NCBI GenBank assembly: GCA_964188305.1
Contig: OZ076896.1
From: Podarcis bocagei
Taxonomy: Eukaryota
Reading direction: 5' to 3' (one strand)
DNA length: 64,000 nucleotides
Positions 9,215 through 22,330 of this stretch are shown here, piece by piece. Position 1 is the first letter of the stretch. Each line of letters begins with the position of its first letter. The position numbers and the translations under genes were made by a program. The notes under the pieces were generated by a model that searched no databases, was not told the DNA's origin, and saw only the letters and a list, made by a program, of their open reading frames with translations.

Positions 9215-9966
9215 AGTCCTGGATGAATGGCAGTCAATGGACTGAGGTTGAATCCCGACAAGACAGAAGCACTGTTTCTGGTGGACAGGGGGAGGGCGGG
9301 TTTGGGGAACTCCCTGGGCCTGAATAGGGTAACTGTGGGCCTGAATGGGGTAACTGTCAACATGCAGAGGGCTGGGAGGCCAGCTGGCAAGCCCCAGCTA
9401 TGCCGTCTCCTTCCATTGGCCCATGCTCCGACGTAAATCAGTGACCCAGACTTCAAAAGCCAGGGCATGCTATTAGCAGAGTGTACTACGCACACAGAAT
9501 AGGCGTGAGGCTTGTGAAGTCATTCTATAGCTACAGATTTATTAAACATAAATCAGGACAAAGAAACATGTCGTCTCTCTCTCATGTCGTCTCAGAGAGA
9601 ACAGTAAAAGCAAAAGCTATACACAAACGGAAGTTCCCAGTATACTGTGCTGGAATGTAAACAGTCATGTGACACACAACAATTCCACATGCCTGTTCCT
9701 TAAGGTGGAATGGAATTCTCAACAGTAGCTGTGTCCTAAAGGACCAGGTGCACAGCCTGGGAGACATTTTGGACTCACCACTGTCCAAGGAGTTGCAGGT
9801 CAATTCTGTGTCCAGGGCACAGCTCCATTTGGTATGCCAGCTGATACACTACCTGCCTGCACACTGTCTTGCCAGATTAGTACATGCTCTGGTTATCTCC
9901 CACTTGGACCACTGCAATGCACTCTACATAGGGTTGCCTTTGAAGGTGACTCAGAAACTACAACTA
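9215..9966 (+). mobile_element. L2-clade LINE fragment (RT C-terminal region) interrupted by a solo LTR
   Basis: LRLNPDKTE and VHALVISHLDHCNALYIGLP motifs; homologous to 40295-41230. Confidence 0.85.
9355..9724 (-). mobile_element. solo LTR (TG...CA) with 5-bp TSD GTAAC/GTAGC
   Basis: Interrupts the L2 sequence exactly at ggggtaac|tgt; TG/CA termini; AATAAA on the minus strand near 9540. Confidence 0.75.
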
Positions 9967-11211
9967 GAGGACAAGTTGCATTTTTATCAGAGTGCTCGTC
10001 TTCATCCCTTTCAGTGCTATGTCTACTTATTTATTTGTTGCTATTGTTGTTACCAAAATCAGTGTGTGTGGGATTGTGTGTGTGTGTGTAATAACTGATG
10101 AGGGTGCTTGATTAGACATCTCAACTGAGAATTAGCTACTACCCCTGTTCTAAGCAAAATCCTACTCCTGGTTAACCTTCATTTCAGCAGTATAATTTAG
10201 AGCAGAGGGAAGGAGTTTATAGTTATTGTTGTTAAATACATGGGAGTCGGAAATGCTTGTCAGTCTCCTGCGAATCATCCAGAAATTTGCCAGGAGTCCC
10301 CAGTCTGTCTTCTGCCCACCTGTGATCTATAATGTGAAAACAAATCCTCAGGACTGGGACTTGAACAGCACTACGGAAGAAGCGCCCAAGTCATTCCGAT
10401 GAAAGTAATATTGGATTTGTTTAATATAAACTCTGGCTATATACGTATACTGTGTTATGTTAATTACAGTACAGACATAAATAACTGCTAGTATCAACAC
10501 AGTCACTTCAATCTCATAAAACTTCCCCAACACTGTATAGTGAATGAACAGTCATGGCTAATTCATCCGATATTCATTAAAACTTGTGTGAATTCATTTC
10601 ATATTCATGAAGTTGTCACAGAATATATATGCCCAGTGAAATTTGATTGTAGAAGCAGTGATATACGCTGTATAATTTTAAAAAGGGTGAGGTATGCTAA
10701 CCTTTCCCTGAATAATAATAGTAACAATAGTGACAACAAAACAACAAAAACAAACATGGTAGCTCAGAAAGAAAATGCATCTGCGTCAATAAGTAAACAA
10801 TTTAAATAGTAAAATCATAGTCATATCTAGGATTATGTATAGGTGTGTATAACATTGCAGTCATAATTACTTATATTTTAAATGAAATTTTTAATATGGT
10901 TACAAAATCATAGTTCAAATTTCGGTTTCTGTTTGCTTTCCCCCCCATTTACAGAAATTGAATTTTTCTTGTAGCGTGATTGATTAAAATGCTATTACTT
11001 CAGATTGTGACATTCTGCATTAACTTTTCATTCACTTCACGTGTTTTAAAGGCTGGACACCCAATTATTTGTAGTTACTTTGACATGGGTATGCAAGTAG
11101 AGAGAAAATGTATGAAGTCCCTATTCAGTCTCTAGACAGACGAGTGAGGCATACACTGCTGGAAGCTAGAAATGGCAAATCTTATTCCGTCTGACCTGTG
11201 CCCCTTTCATG

Positions 11212-11324
11212 TAGAACCATAGATTTGTAGAGTTGGAGGAAGCCCAAGGGCCAATATAGTCCAACCCCGTGCAATGCATGAATCACATCTAAAGAATCTC
11301 TGACAGATAGCCGCCCAAACTCTG
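11212..11324 (-). mobile_element. CR1-like LINE 3' end fragment (target of the 11325-12142 insertion)
   Basis: tagaaccatagatttgtagagttgga...gtccaacccc tail typical of squamate CR1. Confidence 0.55.
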
Positions 11325-12142
11325 TTTGCGTGTTGAGTTCCACAGTGCCACCCCCCAAATAATTACACACTTCACACATCAATTTTTGTTTAAGGTTTTT
11401 TGGCATAAATTTTGGCCACAACTTTATTCAAAATACAAAAAATTGTGAGTGGTTGCTTAGGCATTGGTTATGACTATCTGTCCTGGCCCTCAAGGACAGA
11501 GCTGGCCCTTCCGGACTCCACCGGAAGCCAGCGTGGGAAACAAGTATTGGATAGAAGGGAGGCTGGGAAACAGGCCCTCACTTCTGACCCTCATGTTCCG
11601 GTGGGGCTTGCACGGCCCAAGTCTGGCTCCACGGACAAGGACAAAAGAATGGCAAGCCCCTGGATTCCTTTAACGGAATTCCCTTTCCGCATCATTTGGA
11701 GGGGTAGGCACTTACCCCTCCAAGCACCAATTAACCAATGCCTAACCGCCAACCTTACAAGTTGTGACGATTTGCTACGCAGTAGGCAAAAACCAAATGG
11801 CACCAGCCAATCAGCCAGATGGCAAAATTCCTACCGTGCCCCCGCACCAAGGCGAACGACACCATGACAGGCATAGCAAGGTCAAGCAATCAACTTAAAT
11901 AAAAAACCCCCCTATTGGAGGGAGGGCGGGTGATCCGATGCAAAACGGCCAAGAGGACGTCCCTACGTCTGGCCCTTCTATTTATAACTTCTGACTCCTC
12001 CTCCAAATTGGTAACAATCAATTTTCCCCCAGCAACCCGATTAACCCTAAAGGCCAGGGTTGCAGATTAATTTGCCTAGTCATGGCTGGGCGGCCTGTTC
12101 CCCAACCGCAACACGTGCTCTCTGTTAGGGAGAACACGCTTT
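11325..12142 (-). mobile_element. solo A-spacer-B unit of a Ngaro-related family
   Basis: On the minus strand it starts AAAgcgtgttctccc and ends cacgcAAA; contains TATAAATA, cacccgccctccct, the ENE-like motif and aataaagttgtggcc; homologous end-to-end to 27820-28647. Confidence 0.8.
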
Positions 12143-14652
12143 AATGTAAACTCTGGGTTACATATTGTAACGCATAACATTCCTTTCCATTTGGTTATCA
12201 CATTATTGTGTGACTTAAAAAAACAACAACAACCCAAACTCTTTAATATTTGTGACACTCACTGGTGATGGGCTGGATTTGGATGGGAGGCCAGGATATA
12301 TTATTTATTAATTATCCTTCCTCTTACTTCAGTAAGATTAGCATCTAGTTTAGAAGAGTTCAAAATGTACATCATCCTTTGCAGCTTTAACATGGAAACT
12401 TGGGTGGTCAAAGCTGTGTAGCTTTCTATAATTATCCAGGATGCCTTTGGCAGACTGGATCTTCTCCTTTTTTTATCCCTCTAAATAAAATAACAACACA
12501 GAAGTCTGTAATGTAAGAATATAAAAATATTGTTTACTTACATAAAGTTGCAGACACAATTCAAGCAGAAAGTGGTGAAATATGTCAGGCAAAATATACT
12601 TCTAGATTACAAAATACACGGCTTAGATAAAAGATGGTGCCTGTGCTCAGGAGCTCACAGAACCTGCATGATGATAAAGAGACTGTTCCTCAGATAGGAG
12701 GAGGTAATAAGGAGGTAATCTTCCTACCTGGGCAAGCAGAGGAAGTGACCTCACAGTGTGCCCTGTAGGAATCTGCAGGGAACTCCATGTGTTGCTCACC
12801 TAGCAAATGTGTAATTTTGTATTTTGACTGGAGCACCATTTTTCCATAAGTGGTGGGTAGCCAGGTGTGCAATGTCACCCTGCTTTGCCACTCTGATCTA
12901 ACGAAAGGTCCTGTCTCTATTCTGATATAGCTTAGTAATAATTTAAAAAAAATGATAAATTTAATAGGAAGATTGGTTGGACACCAGAGACTACCCAAAA
13001 AATACTACCCAAAAAATAGTAAGCAGTGACCATAAAGGGATGGTGACAGTTACTTTAATAGTTCACCCGAAGATTCTAACATTGCAAATATTTGTGTTTT
13101 CAGGCATTTCCACATAATCTACATGAATGCATTATCTACATAAACGATGTAAATAAAACAAAAAGAAAGAAACCCAGACCAGTGATTGCATGCACGCAAG
13201 ATTCTTGCATGTTGCCTTGTTGCTTAACTTATTGGTCATATTTAAGTAGCACATATATCATCACATTTCTGTAATCTGTCAGTGTGCAACAACCGTACAA
13301 GGCTGGTTATGGTTATTATTCTAATGTTGAAACTCTGTGCGTGTGTGCATGAGAGAAGCATGACTAAGGCCTCTCTCAATAGTGATTTCATAATACAAGA
13401 ATATTTGTAGTTCAGTCTCCTTGATGCTACATATACCAGTAGTCAAAACTGATGTACTTTTTAGACCAATGTAATGATTTATTTCTGAAGTGGTAAATAT
13501 ATTTTTAGAGTTTTCTTTTACCCTTCCAATTACTCTTATCTCAAACCACCTAAGGTAAATTTCTAATGTTTAAAAATATACAACGGTTTGCATAAAAAGT
13601 AAGGAAAGTAACCTTGAATTAAATACCTCAGGGGTAATATAATCTCAAGTAAATGACTCCAGAATGTCAGCTCTGTGGAAAGTGACTGCAGAGAACATTT
13701 TGTGTGAGCGTACGTGAATATGTGTGTGCAACATAAAGCACATTGGGGAGAACAATTCAGTGTTAATGACAATACTGTGCCCTTGTGTTTACCTTCCTTT
13801 GGAAAGAAAATGGGATGCCCAACTTTATCTTGCTCAGAAAATGTCTTCAGGCTTCCTTGCTGTTTTTGCTCTTAGTTAAAATTGTTAGTTATGTACCTCA
13901 GTCAAATAAATCTGTATGTTCTTAACTGTTTGTTTTTTTTAATTAAAAAAAAAATGCAACCCCCGGAATCTATTACAGTTGTGTTTACTAGGCTTTCAAG
14001 AAAGAGTGGATCCATACCTGGTTCACATATTACACAGAAGCAACAAAATGTGTTATCATAGATCTCATTTGCATTTAGTGCTGAGTTTAGGTGTGCCAAA
14101 GAGCTCCATGTAGGGAACTTGCTGCTGTGTGCCCAGACTCAGCAAAATTTCTTTCCTTTTGTATCAGTGAAGGGGGAGCAATCCTGCTTAGCGCTGGGTC
14201 CCCACTTTGTGCAGAGCTTTAAAGGCTCCTGACAACCAGACAGTGGTGGGCCTACATTTGGGGGCCCCTGAAGCTTGAACTGTTATGGGGGGGGGGAGCT
14301 TCACAACCAGCAACAAGGTCTGGGTAACCACTGCTATCAGTGAGTTTGTATCAGAACAGATTAACACAAATTCTACATGAGATTGCATTTTTGGGTATCC
14401 ACCTAAGTACATTCCTCTAAGGTCTTGGCCTGTGTTAAAAGGGGAGACAAAATACATTAGCCAACTTATCACAGCGCTCCACACTTACAACATCTGTGCT
14501 ACTGATTCTCAACCTTGGGACTGGTGAAATATATACAACCCTCTCCCCCACAACTGTACACGCGTGATTCAATTTGGGTCTACTAGACCCACAATTTTTA
14601 AGCAATGTGGACGAAAGTTGCTTCTGGGGACCCTCCAGGATTAGGGGCCCTG

Positions 14653-16545
14653 GCCTGACACTAGTACGAAAAGGGTGTTGGAGATAATCCAACAATTTGG
14701 CCAGGTAGCTGGATTTAAACTGAACAAACAAAAAACTAAAGTCTTAGAAAAAAATCTAACAGCCACGGAGAAGGAGAAATTTCAAGAAGAGACAGGATTG
14801 ACACTGGTTAAGAAGGTGAAATACCTAGGGGTTTATTTGACATCAAAAAATCTGAATTTGTATAAGGACAACTATGAAAAATGCTGGTCAGAAATTAAAA
14901 AAGATCTAGAAATATGGTCAAATTTGAAATTGTCAATGTTAGGCCGAATTGCAGTGATTAAGATGAATGTATTGCCTAGAATGTTATTTTTGTTTCAAGC
15001 CTTGCAGATTCTTGACAAGATGGATTGTTTCAAGAGGTGGCAGAAAGATATTTCGAAATTTGTCTGGCAGGGCAAAAAGCCCAGAATTAAATTTAAAATA
15101 CTGACAGATGCTAAAGAAAGAGAGGGATTTGCCCTGCCGGACTTAAAATTGTACTATGAAGCAGCAGCGTTTTGCTGGCTGAAAGAGTGGATGCTCCTCG
15201 AGAACACAGACATTTTGGATTTGGAAGGTTTCAATAATCCATTTGGTTGGCATGCATATTTATGGTACGATAAAATCAAGCTGCATAGGGCCTTTAAAAA
15301 CCATATTGTCAGAAAAGCATTGTTTAATGTTTGGATAAGATATAAAGATCTGTTGGAAAACAAAACCCCTAGATGGGTGTCTCCCGTGGAGGCTAAGGCA
15401 GTGAAGAAAATATGGAGGTCGGATGGCCGAAGTATTGGGAAATTTTGGAACAGGAGGGAGATAAACTGAAATTACAAAGTTATGAGAAAATGAAACATAA
15501 AGTACAAAATTGGTTTCAATATCATCAAATAATGGAGTTTTTTAAACAGGATAGGAAAATTGGCTTTCAGGTGGAAAAATCAAAATTAGAGACTGAATTG
15601 TTAGAACCCAATACTAAGAATTTATCAAGAATGTATAACTTGCTGCTGAAATGGAATACACAAGATGAAACAGTTAAATCGGCTATGATTAAGTGGGCAC
15701 AGGACATTGGTCATAACATTATGTTTGCTGACTGGGAGTGGTTGTGGAACACCGGTATTAAATTTACGGCATGTAATGCCTTAAAGGAAAACATTATGAA
15801 AATGACTTACAGGTGGTACATGACCCCAGTCAAGCTAGCAAAGATCTATCATTTGCCTGATAACAAGTGTTGGAAATGTAAAGAGACTGAAGGTACTTTT
15901 TATCACCTCTGGTGGACATGCCCGAAGATTAAGGCTTTCTGGGAAATGATATATAATGAAATGAAAAAGGTACTTAAATGTACTTTCCTTAAAAAACCAG
16001 AGGCCTTCCTCTTGGGCATTGTCGGCCAATTGGTGTCAAAGAGGGATAGAACTTTTTTTATGTATGCTACAACAGCAGCAAGAATACTTATCGCAAAGTA
16101 TTGGAAGACACAAGATCTACCCACTCTGGAAGAATGGCAGATGAAAGTGATGGACTATATGACATTGGCTGAGATGACTGGCAGAATCCGTGATCAGGGA
16201 AAAGAGACGGCGGAAGAAGAATGGAAGAAATTTAAAACTTATCTTAAGGACTACTACAAACTTGAGGAATGCTAGAATGTCGAGGTTCTCAGAAAAAAAA
16301 GGGTTACAGTGATATAAGATTAGATTAAAGAAAAGACTAAGACGATAGAGGTTGGAAAGAAAGATTTAGAAGTTGCTAAAAAAGTATGGACAATGGGATG
16401 CAGAAAGGGGGGGTATGGGGAAGTCCTGGAAAAGAGGTTTATGAAAAAATGTTATGAAATTATACGTGTTTGTATGTCTTTTTATGTGTTTGTTTGTCTT
16501 TAAAAAATTTTGTAAAACCAATAAAAAAATTCTATATAAAAAAAA
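14653..16545 (+). mobile_element. 5'-truncated L1-clade LINE with 3' UTR, poly(A) and 16-bp TSD
   Basis: TSD aggattaggggccctg at 14637-14652 and 16546-16561; AATAAA and A-tail at the 3' end; ORF2 homology. Confidence 0.93.
14675..16275 (+). pseudogene. L1 ORF2 C-terminal half (RT thumb to CCHC zinc knuckle), one frameshift near 15410
   Basis: KYLGVYLT, GRIAVIKMNVLPRMLFLF, FALPDLKLYY, CWKCKETEGTFYHLWWTC. Confidence 0.92.
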
Positions 16546-17464
16546 AGGATTAGGGGCCCTGAGGCTTAAGCTCCATTAGTTTCATAGTAGATCTTCTGCT
16601 GCAACCAGGTGGTCGCTGGCTCTTTGGGAGCAGCACAAAGCAGATTTGGTCAAGCCCCACCCATATCTTTATAGCATAAGGTATCATACAGCATAATATC
16701 TACATATCTCCTCGCTCCCCAGTGTAACTGGAGGATAGGAATGCTTGTCTGCAACAACAATGGACGTAAATGCAATATAGTAACACACACACACGACTGT
16801 AAAGATTTTAGAATTACCGCGTCTCACAGATGGCTGTCAGTTTACCTCAGATTCCATTCCATTTGCAAAAATACATTTTGCAGATCACTTATAAATTCAT
16901 TTATCCAGATGGCAATTAATCACAACTATCAAAATAGATTTGACAGTGCTTTACAATTGCCAAAGCAAATTTAGCGGCTTGTTGCATTATCTCCGTATTA
17001 TCATTAGCAAACAGCAATTAATTTTTGTTGTTGTTGCAAATTGGAATGCTATGGTCCTTTGAGGAGATAAGGAACAAAGCTTTGATTTGTACTTGCTTGA
17101 AAAGTGTGTCTTTCCTCACTTCTGTGTTACATAGAAACAGGGCTGGTTCCAGGTTTTGCTGGATGGGGGAAGGATTTGGCAGGACGTCCCCCTCTCCTCC
17201 CTCCATCTCCTGCAAAGAGAGAGGGCACATGGTGGTAATGGCAGCCGGGTGGCGCTCCTTGCCATTGCTGATACCTGCTTATGCACTTTGGGAGAAATAG
17301 CAAGGAGCAGCATCAGCTATCACGTGCTCACTCACCTTCCTTTTCCTTCTGGATGGCAGATCTTTGGCACACCAGTAAGCAAGCAAGCATCTCCAGTGGT
17401 GAGAAGAAGTATCCACCACAGTATCTACCCTGCCCAGCAGACAAAGAGGAAGAGATGTCATCAC

Positions 17465-17625
17465 AAGTACATAGGAACATAGGAAGCTGATGAACTGTGT
17501 TAGGCTATCTAGCTCAGGATTCCCTATCTTCATGTCTCTGATGTCTCTCATAGCTCTACTTGGATATGCTGGAGACTGAAGCCAAGATCTTCTTCATGCA
17601 AAAGAGATGCTCAACCATTGAGCTT
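17465..17625 (-). mobile_element. degenerate tRNA-derived SINE
   Basis: Reverse complement of an agctcaatggttgagcatctc..tgcatgaagaag head; similar to 53262-53442. Confidence 0.5.
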
Positions 17626-18996
17626 TGCTAGTGATGAGGCATCAAGAAAGGGAACCCTGTTCTCACCACACCACTTGGATTGGCAGTGACCTCTGCTGGT
17701 CCTCCAGTGTGGAAAGGGATGAGGGGTTTGCTAGCTTTAAGGGGTGGGGGGTTCGCAAGGAAAGGGACCAGGAGGTGTTGGTTTTGGCAAGGGGGCTTGG
17801 TACAGGGTAGGGGAGGTTGTCAAAAATGTTGCCTGCAGAGCACTGAAGAGCTCTGAATTGTTTCTTTAATAAGCAGTGGGGAATTATTTGAGAAGCACAA
17901 GCAAATGCACAAACCATTTTGCCTAACTTGATGAATAAAGAAAAAAAAAGTATCTTTGTGTTAAAGTATAATCTGCAGGAATTTTATCTGAGCCATTTGG
18001 TTCATTTATTAAGTTGAAATAACAATTTCTGACTCTCCTTATTGCCTACATAGCTGTGGTAGCTGCACATAGGCCGCATGTTTTGCTAAGTGCTGTGGAA
18101 TGAAAATTGGGGATATTAAACCCAGTTTTGTTAGCCATCCAGCATGACCTGCAGTCAATTCAAATGAAATACAGTTCATGAAAAGTAGGAATCAACTGAA
18201 ATTGCTATCCAGGGATGTGAAGCATAAATGAGATTTCTGTTTGTATAGTTTCTTCCTTTGGGGGGAATGTGACAAATTAATGTGTTGGTTTACCTGACAA
18301 TAACTCAGAGAACAAACCACAGGATTACAGCTATTGCACATTTAACAAGTAAGAGCCCTTGACTGCGGAAGCAGGATTTCAGTACATAAAGTTTATTATT
18401 TTAGACTAGTAAACAATTACTTCTCCCTATTCTTTCATTCTTACCAGATATGATCCATATGTTTGCTAGGTTTGGACTTTGGAAGTGTGGGAATTTCATG
18501 TTCTGTGTGGTGAACGCCATCATTTGAACTATTTATAATATTGGTGCAAAATAATATCACAGTATGTTAATGGTATTTATATTGAGATTCAGTGTAGTAC
18601 TGAAATCCATATCTAGAAACAGACAAATTGGCATGCTTATATTTCAGGATAAAAGAAATTCAGGCTGCAGGCTCTTGAAGTGCCGAGGGAAATGTTTTTT
18701 CATGCAAGATCTTGATGGCCATTTTGGGTGCTGTGCTCCTGTGTTCTCTTGCCCTGGAAAAGCACTTTTCCCAGGGCTGTGATCTTGCATAGCACACAAA
18801 AATGTACACTCTTGAGTGCTACGTCAGATCTTACCCCCCCCCCAAATGCTTTTGGGGGCAAGAGTGAAGCGCAGGTTGTGTGACTCATTAGAAGTGCGAC
18901 CTGGAAAATGTGCACCCCAGTTTTCTGTCGGAAAAAGTTGGATGGTATGGCTCTCTCTGCCCAACCCAAAACAGTTCCACTAGGCCTCTAATCTGG

Positions 18997-19072
18997 TGTA
19001 CTAATGAGTAGAATGCCTAAAAGGGCTCTCAATGTATCGAGAGCCCTTTTAGGCATTCTACTCATTAGTACA
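18997..19072. repeat. inverted repeat with perfect 34-bp arms and 8-nt spacer
   Basis: tgtactaatgagtagaatgcctaaaagggctctc-aatgtatc-gagagcccttttaggcattctactcattagtaca. Confidence 0.95.
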
Positions 19073-19122
19073 GCCATCACATGATTTTACACCATGACAA
19101 GTGGGGATACTGCTCTCCACTA

Positions 19123-19346
19123 CAGTGGTACCTCAGGTTAAGAACTTAATTCGTTCTGGAGGTCCGTTCTTAACCTGAAACTGTTCTTAACCTGAGGTAC
19201 CACTTTAGCTAATGGGGCTTCCTGCTGCCACCGCCACCGCCGTGCGATTTCTGTTCTCATCCTGAAGCACAGTTCTTAACGCAAGGTACTATCTCTGGGT
19301 TAGCGGAGTCTGTAACCTGAAGCATCTGTAACTCGAGGTACTACTG
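19123..19346. mobile_element. Tc1/mariner-type MITE
   Basis: TIR cagtggtacctc/gaggtactactg, TA TSD; same family as 27536-27777 and 60895-61112. Confidence 0.85.
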
Positions 19347-20025
19347 TATTCTGAAGTGGGGAGCTCTTACACTCACGGAGGCTCCCTATGTGATTGTGAC
19401 TAGAATGTAAAAGGATTGTTCATTGCTACATTTTCAGGCATGCTGCAGCACCTTTGAGTTATAAGAAAGCTATTTTAGGGCAATTAAACGAGTTTCCAAA
19501 GAAAAAGCACTTTTTGCATTTATCAGATCTACAACACAGATATAAAATCTGCACCAGCACGGATATAAGTTGATTTAACAATGTTCTCTTTAGTCTACTT
19601 ACCTGCATTAGGATCAATTACACATGACTACACAAAGTATAAAAGAAAGCAAATAGGAATTCTTGCAGCTAAGGCCTAACTTTCCAATCACCCACATCCA
19701 CCTGAACCAGAACAGTTGTGCCTGGTGCTCTAGCAATGAAAATAGGATGCACTTGACTCATGTCAGCATTATACCATAAGAAATCATCTTGTAGCTCTCT
19801 AGAGAGACTTCAAGATGACCTTGTTGTTGTTGTTTTTTACTCCTAGATGACTTTGGCACTACATAACTACTGAAATGCATGCCCTTCATTCCCATCACTG
19901 TCTAGCAAACAGGTAGGAGTGGTTTCTTTGAGGTGACTTGAAATCTGTCCATCAGTTGAATGTGAAGTGAGATGAGGCTGTCTTGATGTGTGCTACAGAA
20001 TGATGGAAATAACTTCCTCCAGAGG

Positions 20026-20027
<2 letters not shown>

Positions 20028-20105
<78 letters not shown>
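20028..20105. repeat. compound (TC)n(CA)n microsatellite
   Basis: Direct reading. Confidence 0.95.
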
Positions 20106-20109
<4 letters not shown>

Positions 20110-21637
20110 TCAAGCAGCATTTTAAGTATGAAGTAGCACTCAAAGTAGCACGTGTGTTTGTGACTGCACATTGCATGAATGAAGCCGCACCAGGTTCCAT
20201 TCTGGGGAATAATGTTCTTGACAGGGCAAGTTACAAACAGGGCTGACCAAAAAGGTCTGAAAGAGGTCCCCCCCGCCCCCCCCATGGCTTAAATGTAAGA
20301 GGGAGGAGGACAGGAAGCTAAAGATTTCCTCACAGTCCTCGCTTGCCTTTCTTTTGCAGCTGTTGCCGACTCACTCCCTCCTCGGTTGCTAGGCACTATT
20401 TATTTCAAGTATCTTTCCATCCTTTTCTGTCTGGTTATGAAGCACTGATTTTGTCTTCTGCCCTCATTCTGATGGTATTCTCCTGAAGCCAAATCTGAAT
20501 GAGGAAGCTACGTTTCCTGTCTGGAGAGCAAAATCTAGAATGGGGGAGGGGTGCAACCAGCAGCATAGGGGAGAGTGAGTGTCACTGCCAGTTAAACATG
20601 GTGAAGATTTCCCCCTGTGCAAATGTCCTTCATTGCTGAAATGTCATTCATTACTGAAATGCCCCCAAAGTTTGTAGCTTATGAATAAGGTCATGGACTT
20701 AGGTCAGGCCATTTACACTCAGGTCTCTGTATACATGGAGAATCAAATATATTTTGTGCCCTTCAGAGACAGCTGAAGTGTTATTAAGTTCTAAATGCCA
20801 GTGTTAACTTATTGTAAATGGAAATGTTTGCTGTCACAGTGCTCCAGCTTAGTTCAATATTTCCCCCGCTTGAGTTTTACTTTCACCTGTCTTCTAGTAT
20901 CATCTGGCAACCAGGCAGTCCCACCACTGGTTTTTACACTGTATCTGCTGTACCACTGATTTTTGACAGACCAAAGAATTTGGGTTTTAGTTTATTCCAA
21001 CAGACAGTCAGCACATAGCTTTGACTGCAGCTCTAGGCTGCCTGGTCACTGCTATGAGGTAAATATTTAGCAAGGTTTATGAGACAAGCCACAACTTTTA
21101 TATTCCTGGCCTCCATATGATTTAACTGGAGTCCTTCAATTTTGGGCAGGTTTTAGCCCTACTGGAGATAATGTGGATATGTATCACAGATATTAACGGT
21201 GAACGCTATTTTCCAAGTGTCAGTACTTATGCTTAACACAGTGGTCTTTATGCTATCAGTGCCTCTGTATACCAAGTGCTCAGAATCACAATTGAAGTAA
21301 GTGTGCTGTTGTGCTCAGGTTACGCTTGTGGGCTTCCTATGGGCATCTGGTTGTAATAACAGACCAGTGGACTAGCTGGGCTTTTGGCCAGCAGGACGTC
21401 CCTATTTTCAGCAGAGAAATTTTGGCAGGTATGTTCTTCTTATGTGACCAAAATGGCACTATCCACAAAATAGGCTGATGTCAGCAGGCTTGGGGGAAGT
21501 ATAAGAGAAGAGGAAGAAAAAGTTAAAATAGAATTGGAGAATAAAACTTTAAAGGAGGGGAGAAAACTGAAAATCTTCCCAATGAGAACTGAACACTAGG
21601 GTAGAGGGGCAATGGAATGGAATGGCTAAAGATCCAA

Positions 21638-22330
21638 GCCACATTCACACCATACATTTAAAGCACTGTAATACCACTTTAGAACCTCATGATACCCTCC
21701 TAAGGAATTATGGGAGCTCTAGTGGTTAAGGGAAGCAATAGGAGACCCCTGTTCTTCTCAAGGATCTATAGTTGGCAAAGTTCCCTGGGAAAAAGGATTG
21801 GCTGCTAAACCATTCCAGGAATTGTAGCCCTGTAAGGAAGATAGAAGGGACGTGGGTGGCGCTGTGGATTAAACCACAGAGCCAAGGACCAGAAGGTTGG
21901 TGGTTCGAATCCCCACGACGAGGTGAGCTCCCATTGCTCGGTCACTGCTCCTGCCAACCTAGCAGTTCGAAAACACGTCAAAGTGCAAGTAGATAAATAG
22001 GTACTGCTCTGGTGGGAAGGTAAATGGCGTTTCCGTGCGCTGCTCTGGTTCCCCAGAAGTGGCTTAGTCATGCTGGCCACATGACCCAGAAGCTGTATGC
22101 TGGCTCCCTCGGCTAATAAAGCGAGATGAGCGCCGCAACCCCAGAGTCGGTCACGACTGGACCTAATGGTCAGGGGTCCCTTTACCTTTACCTTTACCTT
22201 TAAGGAAGATAGGGGTCTCCTAACAACTTTCAGCTGCCTCAACAAACTACAGCTCCCAGAATGCTTTGAGGGAAGTCCTGAGTGTTTAAAATGGTATCAT
22301 TGTGCTTTGAATATATGGTGTGGATATGGC
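21638..22330. mobile_element. old MITE-like element hosting a Sauria SINE
   Basis: Inverted termini (cacattcacaccatacatttaaagcac / gtgctttgaatatatggtgtggatatg); related copy at ~26385-26615. Confidence 0.5.
21845..22200 (+). mobile_element. Sauria SINE with 12-bp TSD
   Basis: gggacgtgggtggcgctgtgg head, B-box ggttcgaatcc, (ACCTTT)n tail; TSD taaggaagatag at 21833-21844 and 22201-22212. Confidence 0.9.

Larger units (their letters stand above)
14241..16601. mobile_element. old non-autonomous DNA-transposon-like element hosting the L1 insertion
   Basis: Degenerate terminal inverted repeats (cagtggtgggcctac / gtagatcttctgctg) and repeated ggggccc..gaagctt subterminal motif. Confidence 0.4.

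Noticed and set aside
12480-12810. Possible solo LTR
   Set aside because: Composition is suggestive, but I could not define termini or a TSD.
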